Source of the DNA: a virus
DNA length: 64,000 bases
IMG/VR virus record: IMGVR_UViG_3300045988_130116
Strand: one strand, 5' to 3'
Below are positions 34,837 through 45,900 of this stretch, one piece after another. The notes below the pieces were generated by a model. It searched no databases, was not told the origin of the DNA, and saw nothing but the letters and a program-made list of their open reading frames with translations. Every line of letters starts with the position of its first letter. Position 1 is the first letter of the stretch. The translations under genes were made by a program, and so were the position numbers.

Positions 34837-35583
34837 ATGTTTATTTCAGATAAATTTATGTTTAACGGAGTGTCATGTGATGAATATAACGTTAGATTGG
34901 TATATTTTGAAAATAATATAGTTAATGATATGAAGATACCCTTTTCTATATCTGTTAATTCAGATAGCAAAGATAGTATTTATCCGGTATATAAAGAAGA
35001 AACAAATACTCCTGATCAAGTTGTTTTAAACTTAGCTTATGTAAATAAAGAGGGAAATTTAGCAACTTTTTCAAGCGAGATATTTAAAAGAATAAAAACG
35101 TGGTTAATTACTGATTATTTTGCCCCTTTTATAACAGAAGATTACCCTGATTATATTATTTATTTAAAATGTGTAAAAATACAAGATAAACTGACTTTTG
35201 GAAATCAAGGGTTTTTAGAAGTGACATTCCAGCCATATACTCATTACTTTTATAAACAATTCGAAACAGATGTTCTTTTAAGCGGTGATAATGCGATAAC
35301 TATAGAAAATATAAGTCAAGAAATTTGTTATCCTATAATAATAGCCGAAACAACAGATGATATAATTAACACTATAGAAATTAATGATATGACTTTAAAA
35401 TTACAATTAAACGAACCTGTATCTGTAGATAATAAAATGCTTACAGTTTTAAATTCTAAAGGTGAAAATAAATTATCTTATTGTAATAGGAAATGGATTA
35501 AATTATTACCCGGAAGTAATAATTTAAAATTATATGGTTATGGTAAAATTAAAATAAAAGCAGAATTTCCAGTAATATTATAG
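34837..35583 (+). CDS. putative distal tail protein (Dit)
   Basis: 248 aa, the first gene after the tape measure. This is the conserved siphovirus order TMP-Dit-Tal. Confidence 0.55.
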   Translation: MFISDKFMFNGVSCDEYNVRLVYFENNIVNDMKIPFSISVNSDSKDSIYPVYKEETNTPDQVVLNLAYVNKEGNLATFSSEIFKRIKTWLITDYFAPFITEDYPDYIIYLKCVKIQDKLTFGNQGFLEVTFQPYTHYFYKQFETDVLLSGDNAITIENISQEICYPIIIAETTDDIINTIEINDMTLKLQLNEPVSVDNKMLTVLNSKGENKLSYCNRKWIKLLPGSNNLKLYGYGKIKIKAEFPVIL

Positions 35584-37317
35584 GTGATGAACATGGGTAT
35601 AATTTTAAAAGAAATGAAACAAGGATATACTGATTTACTATTACATAAAACCAATAAAGAGATAATATGTGCTATGCCTATTGATTTTTTATCGAGTGTC
35701 ACAAGAGGAATTACAGATATTGATTCAATAACAATTATAGTTAACAAAATCATAGATAATAATAAAGAATATCCTTTTTATGACGAATTTAAAATTGAAA
35801 GGCTTATATCTTTAGATGGGGAATTTTTTATAATTAAAGAATGTACAGAAAATAAAGATGAAAAATCTAAGACAATTAAAGCATATGGATTCCAAAAAAA
35901 ATTAGAGAAAAATAATATTGTTTTAACCAATATAGGAATAATGCTTAATAATTCAGATTACTCTAATGGAAATAATATAATTATTAATTTAAACGAATAT
36001 ATGTATCAAGAAACAGGGTGGAAATTTGGTCATATAGACGAAGAAGTTTTGTATTCAAATTACACAAAAGGTAGTTCTTATTTAATGGATAAAGCAGGGA
36101 ATTATATTTTAACAAAAAGTGCGGAATTAATAGAGATAAAACAACATTTTAATCCACGTATGAGATGGTTAGAGGATATAGATACTGATTGGTTTACTTT
36201 TATATCTGAAAATATATCAGAAGAATTTGAATGTGTTCCTGTATTTGATAATACAAAACAAGAGATTAATTTATATTATATAGATAATTTTGGGGATAAT
36301 CTAGGATTAATACTATCTTATGACAATTATATTAAAAGCTTAGAAGTGTCAGATAATTCTTCCGATATAATTACTCGACTTACTTTGATAGGAAATGAAG
36401 ATAAATGTATCGTAAGTGACTATCTTCCTACTGGAAAAAACTATGTAGAAAATTATTCTTATTTTATTAAGAATAAAGAGATGAGTGATGAATTAATTTT
36501 GGCTTTAGAAAAACATGATGCTTTACTTGAAGGAGTAGATACGCAATTAAGAAAATTAAGGGCAGAAAAATTAGAAGAAGAAAAAAAATTAACAGACTAT
36601 AAAACTCAATGGTTCTTCTATATAGAATATAATAAACAATTAAAAGAAATTGAAGCAAACTATAGAAATTCAGGGAATATCGAAAGAGCAACAGAAATAG
36701 CACTTCAATTAAATGAAGGCATGGATAAAGAAGCCATATATATGGCTAATACAATGAAGAGTGAAAAAAAGGTAGAAGAAATAAAAGAATCAATAAAACA
36801 ATTAAATATTCAGTGTAATAGAGAAAGTTGTTTAGTAGACGGGAAAAGATTATTTAGTGATAAATTATTAGAAGAATTAAAGAACTTCATATATTATGAT
36901 ACATATTCAAATGATGCCTTTTATGATGCCCAAGAAATAATATCTTGCGGGAAGAGAGAATTAGAATTAAGATGTTGCCCTACCAGAGACATATCTATAG
37001 ATATTGAAAGTTTTTTAAATAAACTTATAGATAATGATTTTAGACAACATTGGAACGGAGTTTTAGGGCTAGGAGACATAATTGCTATATATGACAAAGA
37101 AAAAGAAACAGAAGAGTGGTTTTATTTAGTTGGTTATGAATATTCTTTAAAAGAAGGCACTTTACAAATTAGATTATCTAATAAAAAATTAGAAAGTAAT
37201 ACTAAAAAAGTTATTTTAGATGTATTAAAAAATGCAAAAGAAGATAATAAACAAATGTTGAAAAATAGAAGATTATGGAATCTATTAAAAGAAAATAAAA
37301 TTAATATTGAAGAATAA
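35584..37317 (+). CDS. putative tail-associated (Tal / prophage tail endopeptidase-type) protein
   Basis: Second gene after the tape measure. The N-terminal region resembles the phage minor structural protein N-terminal family by eye. Central coiled coil. Confidence 0.5.
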   Translation: MMNMGIILKEMKQGYTDLLLHKTNKEIICAMPIDFLSSVTRGITDIDSITIIVNKIIDNNKEYPFYDEFKIERLISLDGEFFIIKECTENKDEKSKTIKAYGFQKKLEKNNIVLTNIGIMLNNSDYSNGNNIIINLNEYMYQETGWKFGHIDEEVLYSNYTKGSSYLMDKAGNYILTKSAELIEIKQHFNPRMRWLEDIDTDWFTFISENISEEFECVPVFDNTKQEINLYYIDNFGDNLGLILSYDNYIKSLEVSDNSSDIITRLTLIGNEDKCIVSDYLPTGKNYVENYSYFIKNKEMSDELILALEKHDALLEGVDTQLRKLRAEKLEEEKKLTDYKTQWFFYIEYNKQLKEIEANYRNSGNIERATEIALQLNEGMDKEAIYMANTMKSEKKVEEIKESIKQLNIQCNRESCLVDGKRLFSDKLLEELKNFIYYDTYSNDAFYDAQEIISCGKRELELRCCPTRDISIDIESFLNKLIDNDFRQHWNGVLGLGDIIAIYDKEKETEEWFYLVGYEYSLKEGTLQIRLSNKKLESNTKKVILDVLKNAKEDNKQMLKNRRLWNLLKENKINIEE

Positions 37318-37330
37318 GGACGGTGAGTAT

Positions 37331-40300
37331 ATGGCTTGTTTATCTAATACTCCTTCCTTTACTTATGTAAGTGTACAAAATATGGTAATAGGGTATAAAA
37401 ATATATATTACAATATTAAAAATATGTATAGTAGTGATAAGTATTTTTATTGGGATAAAAACGAATCACCTTATGAACTTATAACTTCAAATACTACACT
37501 AGAAAGTAAAGAGGGGCTATTTTTAGTCGTAGTAAATAATAAGGGAACATTTATACTCCCAAATCAAGTAGAAATAACAATAAATTTTGATAACAGTAGT
37601 GGCGGAGACAATGATTCTAACTTAACTAATATTGTTGAAAAAGTTGATGAAATAGAAAAGAAATACACTACTGTTTCCCAAACAGTAGATGGGATAACTA
37701 AAACAGTAGGAATATTAAGAAAAGATTTAAGTGGGAGTGCCGATATTTATTCAAAAATTCAACAAACAGCCAAAGAGATACAATTATTAGCACAAGAAGT
37801 TAATAAAGAGTATTCTAATAGTAACAAAGAAGACGATTTAAGACAAAAGATAATCTCATATTCTATTAAAATGAATACTATGTTCTCTGATTTTATTAAG
37901 ACAATGAGAGATGTGTTTGCAGATAGTTTTGTATCAAGTGAAGAAAATTATCAATTAATTAATGAAATGAATAAATTGGACACAGAAATGAAGGTATATT
38001 TTAACTATATAGATGAATTAGTTGAAGTTATGGAACAGAAAAAAGAAACTGAAAATGCGAATTTATTAAAAAGCCAAAAAGAGGCATTAGAGGGAGCATT
38101 TAATAACTTTCAAAAAACACTTTGGGATTCTATTGAAGATCAGGCAGTAACACCAACAGAAACCTCTATATTAATTGGGTTTGCGACAACTTGCCAAGCT
38201 AGATTAGATGATTTAAAGAAAACTTGTGATGATTTTTTATTTATAGGAATTGGTGGTGCGATTTATGAAGAAATTGCAAAATTAAACGTAGAAAAGAATA
38301 AAATATTAATGGAACTTAAAGCAGTTACAACTACTTTAAAAAGTTCTTTAAGTATCGAGAAGTCATCTTTACAAGCACAATATGAAGATATATTAGCCCA
38401 ACTAAATCTGCTTGAAGCATGGATTAAAGAAGCTTCAGAAGACGGAACTATTACAGTTATAGAAAGAAATATATTAAAAGAAAGAATGGCTAATTTAGAA
38501 AAAGAAAGTGATGATTTAATAGAAAAATATGATGAGTATTTAGAAACTTTAAGTTTAAGTGAAGATGAATTTGCAGAGATGAGATTAGAGTTTTTAAAAT
38601 ACTCTGCTAGTTATAATTCTTTAGTAAATAATATAAATCAAGTTACAGCTGACAATTATTTCAATGAGATAGAAAAAGTACAAGTAATTACTGCCTTAGA
38701 AGAGTATAGAGCTACAGTAAATTTATTCTTTAATTATTTAGGTAAAATGATAGCTAAATCAGAAAATAATAGATATACTCAAGAGATAGAAGATGCTAAG
38801 GGAGAGGTATCTCTTCAAATACAACAAGTAACAGAAGCACTAAACGATTTAAGTGTTACTCTTGATGAGACGTTTGCAAATAATATGATAGATAAAATAG
38901 AAAGGGCTTCTATAGAAGCTAATCTAAGTTCTTTGTCCTTCCAAAAAGAAGAGGTGGACAGCCAGTATAAAAGAATTATATTAAAAGCGAGTATGCAAAA
39001 TACATCTTTAGCAGAAAGAAAAGATTTAGATGAAAAATACAATGCGTTTATAACTGCTTATACCAATATAACAAATGAAGTTACGAGAATTTTAAATAAA
39101 GAAGAATTAGTTACCGATGAGGATAAAGCCGCTATGGATTCTTTATATAATATTGCAAGAGAAGCTATAAAGGTGTATACAACTTCTGCTAATAGTGCTT
39201 TGATTTATATATCTGAAAATGAGGCTAAAGCAATAAATGATTCTTTGGCTAAAGATATTGCAAATTTAAAAGCTAGGGTTGATAATATAGAAGTCGGTTA
39301 TGATGAGACTTTTGCAGATAATATAATAGATCAGGCAGAGAGAAAGGAAATTAAATCAAAAAGACATATATTAGAAGTACAAAATGCAGACATAAAAGCT
39401 CAATATGAATCTCTTAATTCCTCAACTTATATAACTTCTTCTGATAAAACTAAATTAACTACTGCTTATAATACATATGCAAGTAAATATACTGCTTTAA
39501 ATAAGGCAATAGATGATGCTTTAGCTAAAACAACTTTGCTTGATGACCCTGATGTAGAAAAAATAAATAACGCTATGAGTGATTTTAGCAATTCATTATC
39601 TAATTTTGTTACAGTCGCAAATAAAGTTATAGAAGATATTGCAAATGAGCAAACAAAACAATATACTTCTAATTTCGATACTAGAATAGGAAAATTAGAA
39701 GATAGTTTAAACAATATAGATACTGTAATAGATGCAACTCTTTCTGATAGTATAGTTAGTAAATCAGAAAGAAAAATTTTGAAGGCAGCTTTAAAGGCTT
39801 TAGAAACATCAAAACTTAATATAGATAACCAATATAATGAGTTATTTAAAAATAAAATGGTGTCAATGTTTGCTAGAGGAAAATATAAGAAAGCATATAA
39901 AAGTTATATTGCTGCTTATAATACATATGTAGAAAGTATAAATGATATTATAAATACAACAGGAACAATAGATAACACTTTAAGAACTCAATATGAAAAA
40001 GCATATGAAGAATATAAAGCTAAATTAGATGCCTTTTCAAAACAACATCAACTAACAGTAGACGATTTAACTAGAAATATATCTAGTGAAATGAAAACTA
40101 GCATGACTAAAGAAACTAGAGAGGTTATGGAAGCTTTAAAGACATTAGATGATAGCATGGAAGATATATTTAATGATTCTAAATTAACAGATGCAGAAAA
40201 GACTACTATAAGAGGATATTTAAATGATTTTAAAGTTAAAAAAGATACCATTGAAACAAAATATAACAGTATTTTGAATGACCTAACGCTACAGGACAGT

Positions 40301-42751
40301 AAAACTCGTTTAACCTCAGCTTATGATAACTATATATCCGCTTATAATAATTTATATAATGCAGTAGACACATTGTTAAAAAGAACAGATATGCTCTGTG
40401 AGGATGATAGAAATATATTAGACACATATGTATTGGCTCATAATGAAGCTTTAGAAAATTATAGTCTTGTATATAAAGAAATGGTTGAAGAAAGTACTAA
40501 AAACTTTGTAGAAAAAACAAAACAAGAATTAGAAAAAAATATAAAAGACATAAATGATACAATTTCTAGCTTAGAAGAAAATTTAAATGGAGTATTTAGA
40601 GACGGAATATTAACAGATGCAGAAAAAAACTCCATTAAACAATCATTACAAGTTTTACAAAATGAAAAAACAGGTATAGATGCAGACTATACTTCCATAC
40701 ATAGTAATTCAGATTTGGTGGATAAAGATGCGACTATTCACCCAAAATTAGATTTAGAAAATGCTTATAATGATTATATTTCTTCTCACACAAAATTAGT
40801 TAAAATTATAAATGATTTATTAGCTAAGACAGGAATAATAGATAGTAATGATAAAACTACTTTAGATAAAGCATTTGCTGATTATAGAGCTAAATTACAA
40901 GATTATAAAAAAGCTATTAATAATGCAATAGATGCAATAGCCAGTAAAAAAATTGATGATGAGCGTAGTGAAAGAATAGAGCAATATCAAAAGATAGAAA
41001 CATTAGTAGGAGAAATAAGAACTACTGTTGGAAAAACTTCAGAAGATTTAGATTCTCTTAAAAAAATAACTGGAGAATCTTTTGAGAGCATAAAACCCGA
41101 AGGCATAATAAACACAGTTAAAGAATCAACTGAACAAGATGGAACAAAGACATTTGCAAGACAGTCAGAAGTAAATCAAACAGTAAATAGCTTAACAATT
41201 AAATTTTCAGAAATGAATAGTAAAATAGAAAATAATGTTACGGTTATTTCTTCTGACGGTATTACGATTAATATGTATGACGATGATTGTTTTGATAGCA
41301 ACGGAGATATTATAGAAGGCTCTTCTCCAGTAGCTTCTACAAATATAAACGGACAAGGGCTATATATATACAAAGAAGTAGACGGAACTCCAATAGCCTA
41401 TTTCTCAATGGACGAATGTTATATATCTAATTTAAAAACAGATAAAATGAACGGAGCAAATGTTTTAGCTACAACAGAAAATAGAGATATGCCTAAAACT
41501 TGGTATGTCGCACCTACTGAAACAGGAGATGGATCAGGAAGAGATGTTAACAATAAAGCGAGTACAATAAATAGAGTTATCAATGAAATTAAAGATAATT
41601 ATGGTGTTTATTTTGAAGACGAAGACATTACTATAAAAATAGAAGGCGGAAAATATAATGAAGAAGTTGCAGTTAACGGATTTTTGGGATATGGAACGTT
41701 GACATTGTTGTTTGACACATCTTCTGTGTTATATGGTCAAATTCATGTAGAGAATAATACTTTAAATATTTCTTTAGACGGACAAAAGACAAACACATCT
41801 ACGTCAGGAGCAATAATATATTCATATCAATCAAAAGAGCAAGATGCTATAGTTGTAAGAAATTCTTATTGTACAATAGATGGATTTAAAGCTAAAAATT
41901 TATCTAGTAGTGGTACAAGTTATTATGGCACATTTGCCAGATTTACAAATGGTTCAAGGGGAACAGTAAGCGATTGTGACGTTATTTATTACGAAACTCC
42001 AATTATAAGTGATTATGGTTCACAAGTAGGATTCTGGAATGTAAAAGGTAAAACAAAAGTAAGAAGAACTGTTCAAAATGGTGGAATTGTAGTATCAGGA
42101 GGAGTTATTCCTTCAACTACAGATACAAAAGACAGCATAAGTAGAGGATTTATACATCAAACTGGTACATTAACTGAAACAACTACTATGGGTTGGTATA
42201 GTAGTAGTGGCTCAGGTGGAAGCGGAGGTTCATCTGGAGGACAAGACGGTTCTTCAACAAATACTCAAACTGTTACTAAAACATTTACTTTAACTAATTT
42301 AAAAAGTGTTCCCGAAGGTAGTGGGAAAGCAACGTCTGGATTTAGTGGAAAAATGGCTCAAGGGAAATATAGTTCTTATAAACTTCATAGAGGTGAAGCA
42401 AAAATCCCTTCTTCTGCTTTAGATTTTATTAAATCCGCTACCTCAATAGAATCTGTTTCATTAACTTGTCATAGATTAAATACTTCACATGGTACTTCTG
42501 CGGCAGTCCCATATCCAAGAATGAGATTAAAAAATACAAGTAAAGGAACTTATTCTAGTTATTACGCTAATAGCAGTATTAAATTTGCCAGAGGGGATAC
42601 TAAAACAATTCCTATTGATAATAACTCTTTTAAAACATTCCTATTAAATGGAGCAGATGAATTACAATTTTATGTTGCAAGTGATGGAAATCCTACACAA
42701 CAATATTCTCATTACGATAATGTAAAATTAGAAATAACTATTAAAAAATAA
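37331..42751 (+). CDS. giant tail fibre/minor structural protein with repeated coiled-coil modules and a C-terminal globular domain
   Basis: ATG 37331 follows AAGGACGGTGAG; the track's TTG at 37307 is upstream of it. Five or more repeats of a roughly 135-150-aa module. Gly/Ser linker SSSGSGGSGGSSGGQDGSS. Confidence 0.65.
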   Translation: MACLSNTPSFTYVSVQNMVIGYKNIYYNIKNMYSSDKYFYWDKNESPYELITSNTTLESKEGLFLVVVNNKGTFILPNQVEITINFDNSSGGDNDSNLTNIVEKVDEIEKKYTTVSQTVDGITKTVGILRKDLSGSADIYSKIQQTAKEIQLLAQEVNKEYSNSNKEDDLRQKIISYSIKMNTMFSDFIKTMRDVFADSFVSSEENYQLINEMNKLDTEMKVYFNYIDELVEVMEQKKETENANLLKSQKEALEGAFNNFQKTLWDSIEDQAVTPTETSILIGFATTCQARLDDLKKTCDDFLFIGIGGAIYEEIAKLNVEKNKILMELKAVTTTLKSSLSIEKSSLQAQYEDILAQLNLLEAWIKEASEDGTITVIERNILKERMANLEKESDDLIEKYDEYLETLSLSEDEFAEMRLEFLKYSASYNSLVNNINQVTADNYFNEIEKVQVITALEEYRATVNLFFNYLGKMIAKSENNRYTQEIEDAKGEVSLQIQQVTEALNDLSVTLDETFANNMIDKIERASIEANLSSLSFQKEEVDSQYKRIILKASMQNTSLAERKDLDEKYNAFITAYTNITNEVTRILNKEELVTDEDKAAMDSLYNIAREAIKVYTTSANSALIYISENEAKAINDSLAKDIANLKARVDNIEVGYDETFADNIIDQAERKEIKSKRHILEVQNADIKAQYESLNSSTYITSSDKTKLTTAYNTYASKYTALNKAIDDALAKTTLLDDPDVEKINNAMSDFSNSLSNFVTVANKVIEDIANEQTKQYTSNFDTRIGKLEDSLNNIDTVIDATLSDSIVSKSERKILKAALKALETSKLNIDNQYNELFKNKMVSMFARGKYKKAYKSYIAAYNTYVESINDIINTTGTIDNTLRTQYEKAYEEYKAKLDAFSKQHQLTVDDLTRNISSEMKTSMTKETREVMEALKTLDDSMEDIFNDSKLTDAEKTTIRGYLNDFKVKKDTIETKYNSILNDLTLQDSKTRLTSAYDNYISAYNNLYNAVDTLLKRTDMLCEDDRNILDTYVLAHNEALENYSLVYKEMVEESTKNFVEKTKQELEKNIKDINDTISSLEENLNGVFRDGILTDAEKNSIKQSLQVLQNEKTGIDADYTSIHSNSDLVDKDATIHPKLDLENAYNDYISSHTKLVKIINDLLAKTGIIDSNDKTTLDKAFADYRAKLQDYKKAINNAIDAIASKKIDDERSERIEQYQKIETLVGEIRTTVGKTSEDLDSLKKITGESFESIKPEGIINTVKESTEQDGTKTFARQSEVNQTVNSLTIKFSEMNSKIENNVTVISSDGITINMYDDDCFDSNGDIIEGSSPVASTNINGQGLYIYKEVDGTPIAYFSMDECYISNLKTDKMNGANVLATTENRDMPKTWYVAPTETGDGSGRDVNNKASTINRVINEIKDNYGVYFEDEDITIKIEGGKYNEEVAVNGFLGYGTLTLLFDTSSVLYGQIHVENNTLNISLDGQKTNTSTSGAIIYSYQSKEQDAIVVRNSYCTIDGFKAKNLSSSGTSYYGTFARFTNGSRGTVSDCDVIYYETPIISDYGSQVGFWNVKGKTKVRRTVQNGGIVVSGGVIPSTTDTKDSISRGFIHQTGTLTETTTMGWYSSSGSGGSGGSSGGQDGSSTNTQTVTKTFTLTNLKSVPEGSGKATSGFSGKMAQGKYSSYKLHRGEAKIPSSALDFIKSATSIESVSLTCHRLNTSHGTSAAVPYPRMRLKNTSKGTYSSYYANSSIKFARGDTKTIPIDNNSFKTFLLNGADELQFYVASDGNPTQQYSHYDNVKLEITIKK

Positions 42752-42765
42752 GGGAGAGGATTTTA

Positions 42766-42936
42766 ATGAACAAACAAGTTAAACCGGATTTTGTTTATAT
42801 GGTAGCTATGGAAAGGGTTTTAGAATTACAACAGAATATAATTTTAAAAGAAGCATTAATTAGACAACAGGAAAAAGAAATAGAGAAATTAACAGAATTA
42901 CTTAATAATTTATCAAAAGATTCGGAGGTGAAATAA
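42766..42936 (+). CDS. small coiled-coil protein (56 aa, below the ORF-track cutoff)
   Basis: GGGAGAGGA RBS 6 nt before ATG 42766. Encodes MNKQVKPDFVYMVAMERVLELQQNIILKEALIRQQEKEIEKLTELLNNLSKDSEVK. Its stop abuts the TTG start of the next gene, whose RBS lies inside this ORF. Confidence 0.5.
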   Translation: MNKQVKPDFVYMVAMERVLELQQNIILKEALIRQQEKEIEKLTELLNNLSKDSEVK

Positions 42937-45900
42937 TTGGCTTTTATTGATGATTTAACGGAAAAAAGTACTACAAATGGTAGTGATTATTTAATTATAG
43001 AAGATAACGAGAGTACAAAAAAGATACAACTTAAAAACCTTTTAAGCAAACAACCTATAGATATAAAGATGAATGAAAATAACAAAATTTATCTTATTGC
43101 ATCTGATGGGACTCAAATAGGAGACGGAACAACATTAGCATTGTCTTCGGGAGAAGCAAAACAAATAGAAATGGTGTTTGATGGAGTTTGGGTTAAATGG
43201 AGATATAAAGGTGATGAAAACTGGATTAATTTATTTTCAGTGGCAGATATAGGTGGGTCTAGTGGAGGGGGAGGGGGAAGTAACCCCCCTTCTAACACAG
43301 ATGTTGAATTTAGAATAGGGACTGTTACAACTTTACCAGCAGGAAGTGATGCAACAGCAGTCATTGAAGAGCCAACAGATAATAGTTTTGTCCTAAGTTT
43401 AGGACTGCCTAGAGGGGAAGCGGTTACAGTAGATGGAGATGGAGTAGATGTTTCAAATCAAATAAAAACTAATACTGACAAGACTTCTTCTAAGGTCTCT
43501 ATAATAGTAAGAACTAATAATAGATATGTATATGGAACATTAAGTTCTCTTACGTTATTAACAAATACAGCAGAAAAAGAACTTCCTGATTACAATGTTG
43601 CAGTAACTTTTAGAACACAAGATAATACTCCTATGAAATTTTCACAATCCACTAACCTTTATATGGTTGGAGATGATTGTTTGTTTGGAGCATTTATACC
43701 TAGAGTTTCTACGGATTATAGAATAGAAATTGCTTACGGTGGTACAAGACTGATAGGAAAAGTTTATGGAGCAAATTATGGATATGTAGCTACTTTATCT
43801 AATTTTACTGGTGGAGGAAATATAGTTGGAGTAGCAAAATCTTATATTGATAATGCTACTAGCTTTTGCTATGGAACAACAACAATATTATCAAGTGTTA
43901 CTGCTAAATCAGAAGTTACAGATTCTACTGGGAAGTTTTATATTGATTGTTCTACATTAACTTCTTTATCATATAGAGGCATTTTATATTCTGACTCAAA
44001 ATATAATGACTGGACTAAAACTAACTCTGCTAGGACTTCTAAATACTCTTATGTAATAGAACTCCCAAGAACTGCGGCAGAACAGGCAAGATATTGTATT
44101 GAAAAGGGTTGGATTCTTCCTAAAGAATATTGGGGAGATAATTATAATTTATTACAAGCAGGAGACTTAGTTTTTTATTCAGAAAGACCAGTAGGAAAAG
44201 TAAGTGCATGGGGAACAAGATTTATGAGGGTTGGTCATGTTGCTTTAGTAACTGGAATAGAAGAAGGAATAGCTTATTTATATGAGGCAACAAGTGGCAC
44301 AGCGGTTAATGGATTAAGAAAGATTAGTATATTAGATAATACTCCTGAAAAAATATGTATGATAGCAAGACCTCAATTAACAGTAGGCTCTTCTGGAGGA
44401 CAAGACGGTTGGGATATTGAAGATGACCCTTCTAACCCTTCTGAAAATATGTTAGAAAATGGTGGGATATCTACTTCTACAGGAAATAATACACAATCTT
44501 CTACATATGTAAGAAATATGGGGTATATTCATTTAGGAGACGTAAAAGGAATTAAATTATCGGTATCTAATAAAGATATAATAATTGCCAATGTCTTTTA
44601 TTATGATGATAATGATAAAATGATTTCATATGAAGGAGTCGGAGGTTCTTCTTATAACAAAAGCATACCAACAGGAGCGAAAAAATTTAGATTTACTTTC
44701 AGACGAGCAGACAATAGCGCATTAAATTATTATGAAGTTAATTATGATATTTCTTATGTTATGAATGAAAATATAAATATTAAACCGACTCCTTCTGAGA
44801 TGGGGTTTAGAGATTTTCCAAGGGTAACAGGTAAAATAAATAACCAATATAAACTTGTAGCAAAATTAAATGAAATAGTTGAAGACTATGATACCTGTTA
44901 TGTATATGGAGCTGTCGGACAACATTTAACTGCATCGTTAATATCAACATTGGCTGATAGATGGAGAAGTATGAACTTTTATACACAATCTAAATTAAAC
45001 CAATATGAAAAAATAATGGCAGATGCTAAAAAGAAAAATAAGTATATATGGGGATTTGACTGTGTAAACGTTATAAAAGCTGTTCTTTGGGGATGGAATG
45101 GTGACCAAAGCAAAAGTTACGGAGGGGCGACTTATGGAAGTAATGGAGTTTCCGATGTAAGTGCAGATGGTTGTATAAGCATATGTAAAAATGTAAAAAG
45201 TTATTGGGATAAAAATAATAATCCTATACCTTGGGACGATATACAATTAGGAGAAGCAGTTTGGACAAATGGACATATAGGAATTTATGTAGGAGAGGGA
45301 TTGGTAATTGAATGTACTCCTAAATCCGGCACAGGATGGACTAATAATGTTCAGATATCAGGGTTAGGAAATTTACCTTTCAATAAAACCTATAGTAGCA
45401 AAAAAAGAACATGGAAAAAACATGGTAAATTACCTTGGATTACTTATCTTGATGAATGTCCTTGGACAAAAACAGAAGATGGGCAAGTGGTTGAATTAAA
45501 AGGCAAAGCATATAAGGCTAGTATATCTACTTATTATCCTACAACAGCTACAGTAAACACATCTTCTAAATCAGAGGCTACGAAAATTCTTAAAGACTTA
45601 AATATGGGAAAAGGATTAACTTATTCAAATTATAAAAACGCTATAAAATGGCAGTCTTTAGTTGATGAAATTGCTCCTAAATTTGGAGTAGACCCTACTG
45701 TAGCGATAATGATAATTGCTGCAGAAAGTGGAGGAGACCCTAATCAAAAAACTGGTTCAAATGGTGGTTATGGGTTAATGCAATGTGAGAGAAGTGTATA
45801 TATAAAAGGATTTAAAAACCCAAATACAGGGAAAACAAATTCCGGAGTACATACTATAAAGTATTTAGATGGAACAACTAAAAAGGTAACATTATCTATG

